64,000 nt of DNA from assembly GCF_009914755.1 (NCBI RefSeq), contig NC_060935.1. The stretch is one strand, 5' to 3'. Below are positions 58,293 to 64,000 of the stretch, in pieces; the first letter of the stretch is position 1; each line of letters starts with the position of its first letter. A program made the translations under genes and the position numbers. Source of the stretch: the human T2T-CHM13v2.0 reference genome, Homo sapiens. The notes under the pieces were generated by a model, which had not been told where the DNA came from, searched no databases, and saw nothing but the letters and a program-made list of their open reading frames with translations.

Positions 58293-58754
58293 TTTATTTT
58301 TAATTAATTAATTAATTTATTTATTTTTAACTTTTAATTAAAAAGTAAACTTTAATATTGAAAATGCAAACTTGGGGAAGACAGAAAAGATCACACACAA
58401 GGCTGTCACTTCACACTTGGAAGGTTGCGCAGCGGCCAGGCAGAGGCGCTCCTCACATCCTAGACGGGCGGCAGCTGGGCAGAGGTCCTCCTCACTTCCC
58501 AGACAGGGCGGGGGCCGGGCAGAGGCGCTCCTCACATCCCAGACAATGTGGGGGCCAGGCAGAGGCGCTCCTCACTTCCCAGACAGGGCAGCGGCCGGGC
58601 AGAGGCGCTCCTCACTTGCCAGAGGGTGGGCGGCTGGGCAGAGGCACTCCTGGGGCGGCAGGGGCGGCAGCTGGGCAGAGGTGTTCCTCAGTTCCCAGAC
58701 GGTGGGCGGCCGGGCAGAGGCGCTCCTCACTTCCCAGACGGGGCGGCGGCCGGC
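58293..58754 (-). mobile_element. SVA2-like element (SVA-type GC-rich VNTR plus unique non-SINE-R 3' end)
   Basis: About 8 units of CAGAGGCGCTCCTCAC(A/T)TCCCAGAC.. at 58430-58754; minus-strand 3' end AAGTGTGAAGTGACAGCCTTGTGTGTGATC...ATTAAA plus AT-rich tail; TSD core CCCATTTTTTA 58282-58292 and 58759-58769. Confidence 0.8.
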
Positions 58755-60333
58755 TTTTCCCATTTTTTAATTGGGTTATTTGTTTTTCTGGTATTGAGTT
58801 GTAAGAGTTCTTTATAAATTTTAAGGCCAGGTGTGGTGGCTCACGCCTGTAATCCCAGCACTTTGGGAGGCCAAGGTGGGAGGATTGCTTGAGCCCAGCA
58901 GTTCAAGATCAGCCTGGGCAAGATGGCAAGACCTCATCTCTACAAAAAAATTTAAAAATATACAAATTTTGAGTATAATTCCTTATTGGATATGTGGTTG
59001 CAATTTTTTTCCCCAGCCCATAGGTCGCCTTTTCGTTTTGTTGATTGTTTCCTTTGCTGTGCAGAAACTTTTAAATTTGATGTCAACTTGTCAGTTTTTG
59101 CAAGGAAAAAACCTGATACAATATTGCAACTGTAGATCAATTTGGAGACAATTGACATCTTTACAATATTGAGTCTTCCAATCCATGAACATGGAATATC
59201 CCTCCATTTATTTGGGTCTTTTAAAATTTCTCTCAGTAAAGTTATAGTTTTCAGTATAAAGATACTACATTTCTTTTTGTGTGTTTTGAAATTATTGTAA
59301 ATGGTATCTTTTAAGCTTTCATTTTCTGTTTGTTGCTCTTTATAGAAATGCAATTGATTTTGTATATTATCTTCATATCCAGAGATCTTGCTAAATTCAC
59401 TTATTAGTTCAAATAGTTGATCCACAGATTATTTTGGATTTTCTATGTGCACAGTCATGTTACCTGAAAATAATGACAGCTTTCTTTCTAATACTTAGGG
59501 CTTTATTTCTTTTTCTCGCCTTACTGTACCAGCTAGGACTTCGAGTTGAATAGAAGTGCAAGATAGTGAATAGAAGTTGAATAGGTAGTGTTGAAAAATG
59601 TTTAATAATTCATTATTAAATATAAAATTGCTATAGGTATTTTTCTAGCTATCTTTATCAGATTATCCTAATAGTGCCTTTTAATGAATAAACATTCTTA
59701 ACTTAATATGGCCCAGTATACAGTCTCTTCCTTTATGACTTATACGTTGTACATCTTGTTTTAGACATCTTCTCATGGCAAGGTAATGAAAATATTATCC
59801 TATGTTATCTTCTAGAGAAGTCAAGTATCTGTATATGCATTATTCTGTTTCTGGACTGTATATTCTGTTCCATTGTTTCTACTTATGGTTACTTGTGCAC
59901 TGCATTAAAAAAGTCTTAAGGTTTAGTGTCAAGTTATCCTAATATTTTTCTTTTGAAAAGAGTGTCATGGCCATCCCTGGCCCTTCACGTTTTTGTAGAA
60001 ATTTTAGAATCAGCTGTCAGTTCCCCACACAAAAATATGGTCACATTTTAATTCTATTTGCACTGAACCAATGTATCAATTTGAGAGAGGACTAACCTCT
60101 TTACACAATGTTGAGTCTTCCAGTACGTGAACACAATATATCTTTCCATTTATTTGAGACTTCTTTAATTTCTTTCAATGTTTATAGTTTTCTGGTTACA
60201 TATTTTCTGCATCTTTTGTTAGATTTATTCCTAGGTTTTTTTTTTTACATTATTTTAAATGTTGTTTATTTTTTGCTTTCATTTTATGTTAGTGTTGCTA
60301 TATAGCAATTTTTTTTTTTTTGAGACAGTGTGA

Positions 60334-60651
<318 letters not shown>

Positions 60652-60933
60652 TAGTAATTACACTTACAAATTCTAATAATTATAGATTCTTTTAGATTTT
60701 TACATCTATAATATCATATGCAAGTAATGATAGTTCCTTTTCTAACTCTACATGTAAGCTGTATATTGGCTTTTTTTTTTTTTGTCTTATTTCACTGGAT
60801 CTTCAGTACAGTGTTGAATATAAGTGATGATAATGGCATCCTTAACTTGTTCCCAATCTGAGAGGCAAAGCTTGCAGCATTTTACCATGAAGCATGCTGT
60901 GGCTGTAGATTAAAAAAATATAATAGAAACTGT

Positions 60934-61317
60934 CCCTTCTCGGGGGTCATGATGGGCAGCAAGATGCATCTGCTAGCAGTGTCGTTCAGGTAGTCAAGCC
61001 ACATGCTCCATTAATAAGCTTCCCTGCTGGAAGAGACAATCCTAAACCCAATGTACCAGAAGCTCTGAGATCAGCAGGGCAACCATCTCACGATTCTGCA
61101 ATTTCCCAGCATTCTAAGGGAAGTAAATTACTGGATTTGTGGATGTACCAGACACTGCAGAAGTAATGAAAACATTACCTCAGAAATATAGAAGTAAACT
61201 TGTGTCTCAAGAAGAAATTGAATTTGTCCATTGTGGAGATCCAGAATAATCACTGTGGCTGCTGTTTGTCATCAGACAAAAGAATTACCTTTACAATAAA
61301 GGACTTCCAAAAAAAAA
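60934..61317 (+). pseudogene. MRPS36P4: Processed MRPS36 (KGD4) pseudogene in BCO2 intron 8; probably MRPS36P4
   Basis: ATGATGGGCAGCAAGATG at 60949, then frameshifted homology to ...VVQVVKPH.PLI.FP...KTLPQKYR.KLVSQEE.EF...PE-TAA (61247-61249); AATAAA 61295-61300; poly(A) 61309-61317; P-number from memory. Confidence 0.88.
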
Positions 61318-63101
61318 TAGACTGTTTTTTAGAGCAATTTTACTTTTAAAGAAAAATCAAGCAGAAAGTATGGAGAGTTTCCATATTTCCCTCTCCTGCT
61401 AATGGTACATTTGTTACAACTGATGAATCAATGTAGGAGTGTTACATTATTACTAACTAAAGTCCATACTTTACATGATGGTTAGGTCTGTGTTGTACAG
61501 TTCTACCGGTTTTGAAAAATGCATAATGTCATGTATCTACCAATATCATACAGAATAGTTCACTGCCCTGAAAATCTCCCTGTGCTCCCCCATTCGTCCC
61601 TTCCCCTTTCCTCCTCTCAGCCCCTGGAAACCACTGATCTTTTCACTATTTCTGTAGTTTTGACTTTTCCAGAATGTCACATAGTTGGAATCATACAGTA
61701 TGTAGACTTTTCAGACTGACTTTTTTCACTTAGCAATATGCATTTAAGGTTCCTCTGTGTCTTTTGTGGCTTGAGAACTCATTTCTTTTTATCGCTGAAA
61801 TGTGTATTCATTCATTTATTGAAGGACATCTTGGTTGGTTCCAATTCTTGGCAATTATGAATAAAGCTGTTATAAATATTTGTTAGCACGTTTTGTGTGG
61901 ACAACTTTTTAAAAAGATACATTTTATTAGATTAGGAGAGTTCCCTTTTACTCCTAGTTTACTGAGATTTTTTGTCATGAATGGATGTTGGACTTTATCA
62001 ACTGTTTTTTTCCTGCACTATTGAGATAATCATATAACGTTTATCCTTTATTCTGTGAACATGGTGAAGTACATTGACTGATTCTTTAAAAAATGTTCAT
62101 AACAGCCATTGATTGATTTTTGAATGTTAAGCTACCCTTCCATTCCTGAAGTAAATCCCAATTGGTCGCATTTTATTTGCTTTTAAATATATTGCAGGAT
62201 TTGCTTTGTTACTATTTTGTTTAGAATTCTTTGTATCTATGTTCATGAATAAAATTGCCCTTTAATTTTTTTCTTTTCTATAATGTTCTTACTAGGTTTT
62301 GGTTTTGTGGTTTTTCTAGTCTCATACAATGAGTTGGGAATTGTTCTCTGTTTTCCTTCTTTCTGGATGATATTGTATAGGATTGATATTATTTCTTAAA
62401 TATTTGGAATAATTCAACAGTAAAGCCTTCCAGACTTGAAAATTTCCTTATAGGCAGATCTACAGTTCTAGAATATTGATTTGGTTCTCTTTTCCAATTT
62501 ATAGTTCTCTACCACAATTCTCAGTTTAAAATAATTTCCTTAAACATATTTAGAATAGTTAAAGTCTGATAACTAGTATCTGGATCTTCTGTGATTCTGT
62601 TTCTGTTATCTGTTGTTTATTTTGGTTTTTAATCATGTTGCCTTGTCTTTTCATGTGCTGGTTATTTCCTTTCATTTGCAGAATATTGTGTTTTAAAAAT
62701 TGTGGAAATATTTTGAGACACAAGATGATGTTATTTTCCTCTAGAGAAGAATTTCACTTGCTTATATAATTTGAAGCAGGATTCAGTCCATGCAAGAGCT
62801 GGACTATTTCTTGTTTATTCTTATTCATAGGGTACAGACCTATGAGGTCCCAACCCAAAGGACTAGAGGTTTACTAGGCCTTCCTCTTCTTGGAAAATCG
62901 TAAATTCAAACTTTTGTCACTCTAGCCCTCAAAACTATTGAAAAGCCCTTCTCTTTAAGGTTAAGGGGTAAGTGAGTTGCTATGGCTATACCCTTATCAA
63001 AAAGTAGCGTGAAGGATCCTTGTGGTGATGGATCTGTTCTGTATCTTGAGTGGCGTGGTGGGTACATGAATTTACACATGATAAAATAGCATAGAACTAA
63101 A

Positions 63102-63130
63102 TACACGCACACACACACACACACACACAC
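63102..63130. repeat. (CA)n microsatellite
   Basis: ACACGCACACACACACACACACACAC. Confidence 0.9.
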
Positions 63131-63665
63131 GAATGCATGTTAAACTAGAATAAGGTTGGTGGATTGTATCAATGTAAATTTCCCAGTTGTGATATTATAT
63201 TATAATTATGCAAGACATTCCTACTGGCAAAAAAGGATGACGAATATATGGGAAATCTCTGTATTATTTCTTTTTTTATGGTGTAGAAAGTATATATATA
63301 TAACATTAAATTTACCATTTTAACCATTTTAGGTGTTCAATTCAGTGGCATTAAGTAAATTCACAATGTTGTGCAACATCACCACTATCCATTTCCAGAA
63401 CATTTTCATCATCTCAAACAGAAACTCTGTACCCATTAAACAATAATTCCCTGTTCCCCCCACCTCCAGTCCCTGGTAACCTCTATTCTACTTTCTGTTT
63501 CTATGAATTTGCCTATTTTAGGTACTTCATGTAAGTGGGATCATACAATACTTGTCCTTTTGTGTCTGGCTTATTTCACTTAGCATAATGTTTTCAAAGT
63601 TCATCTATGTTGTAGCATGTATCAGAATTGCATTCCCTTTTAAGGTTAAATAATATTCGATTGTA

Positions 63666-63690
63666 TACACACACACACACACACACACAC
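63666..63690. repeat. (CA)n microsatellite
   Basis: About 12 CA units. Confidence 0.9.
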
Positions 63691-64000
63691 TATATTTGTT
63701 TATTCATCTGTTGATGGATACTTGGGTTGTTTCCATCTTTGGAGTATTATGAATAATGCTGCTATGAACATTGGCATACAAATATCCAAATTCCTTTTTT
63801 TAGTTCTTTTAGGTATATATCTAGAAGTGGAATTGCTAGATCATGTAATTCTGTGTTTAACTTTTTGAGGAACAACCAAACTATTTTTCTACGGTGGCCA
63901 CAGCATTTTTCTACCATCAGCAATGCACAAGAGTTCCAGTTCTTCACGTTTTTACCAACATTTGTTATTTTCTGGGTTTTAAAAAAATAATAACCATCCT

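Noticed and set aside
58338-58817. Repetitive ORFs and CRISPR-like periodicity
   Set aside because: The ~40-nt units are an SVA-type VNTR with no unique spacers and no cas genes; the DNA is human.

Overview
Human genomic DNA from the IL18-TEX12-BCO2 locus (chr11q23.1, recognised from translated exons). IL18 lies on the minus strand: non-coding exon 1 and coding exons 2-5 are in the window, and the last exon is off the left edge. TEX12 (+) is head-to-head with IL18 and has a complete 123-aa CDS, including a GC-AG intron. BCO2 (+) exons 1-8 follow (398 codons; the rest is off the right edge). BCO2 introns hold two processed pseudogenes: a KCTD9 retrocopy carrying nested AluYa5, L1PA and AluY insertions, and an MRPS36/KGD4 retrocopy. 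The remainder is about 40 Alus plus L1, L2, MIR and Tigger-family DNA. I see no support for a new gene or a new multi-gene system. The most unusual observations are: (1) a 113-bp inverted duplication of the 3' flank inserted inside an Alu in IL18 intron 4; (2) an L1 insertion with an apparent ~90-nt 3' transduction; (3) a ~30-nt ultra-truncated SVA with TSDs; (4) an SVA2-like element; (5) tandem splice donors that include or exclude the BCO2 GKAA peptide; (6) in-frame TEX12-to-BCO2 splice compatibility; (7) a cluster of NF-kB-like sites made by tandem duplication in IL18 intron 2. Repeat subfamily names and SNP identities are from memory of consensus sequences, not from searches.
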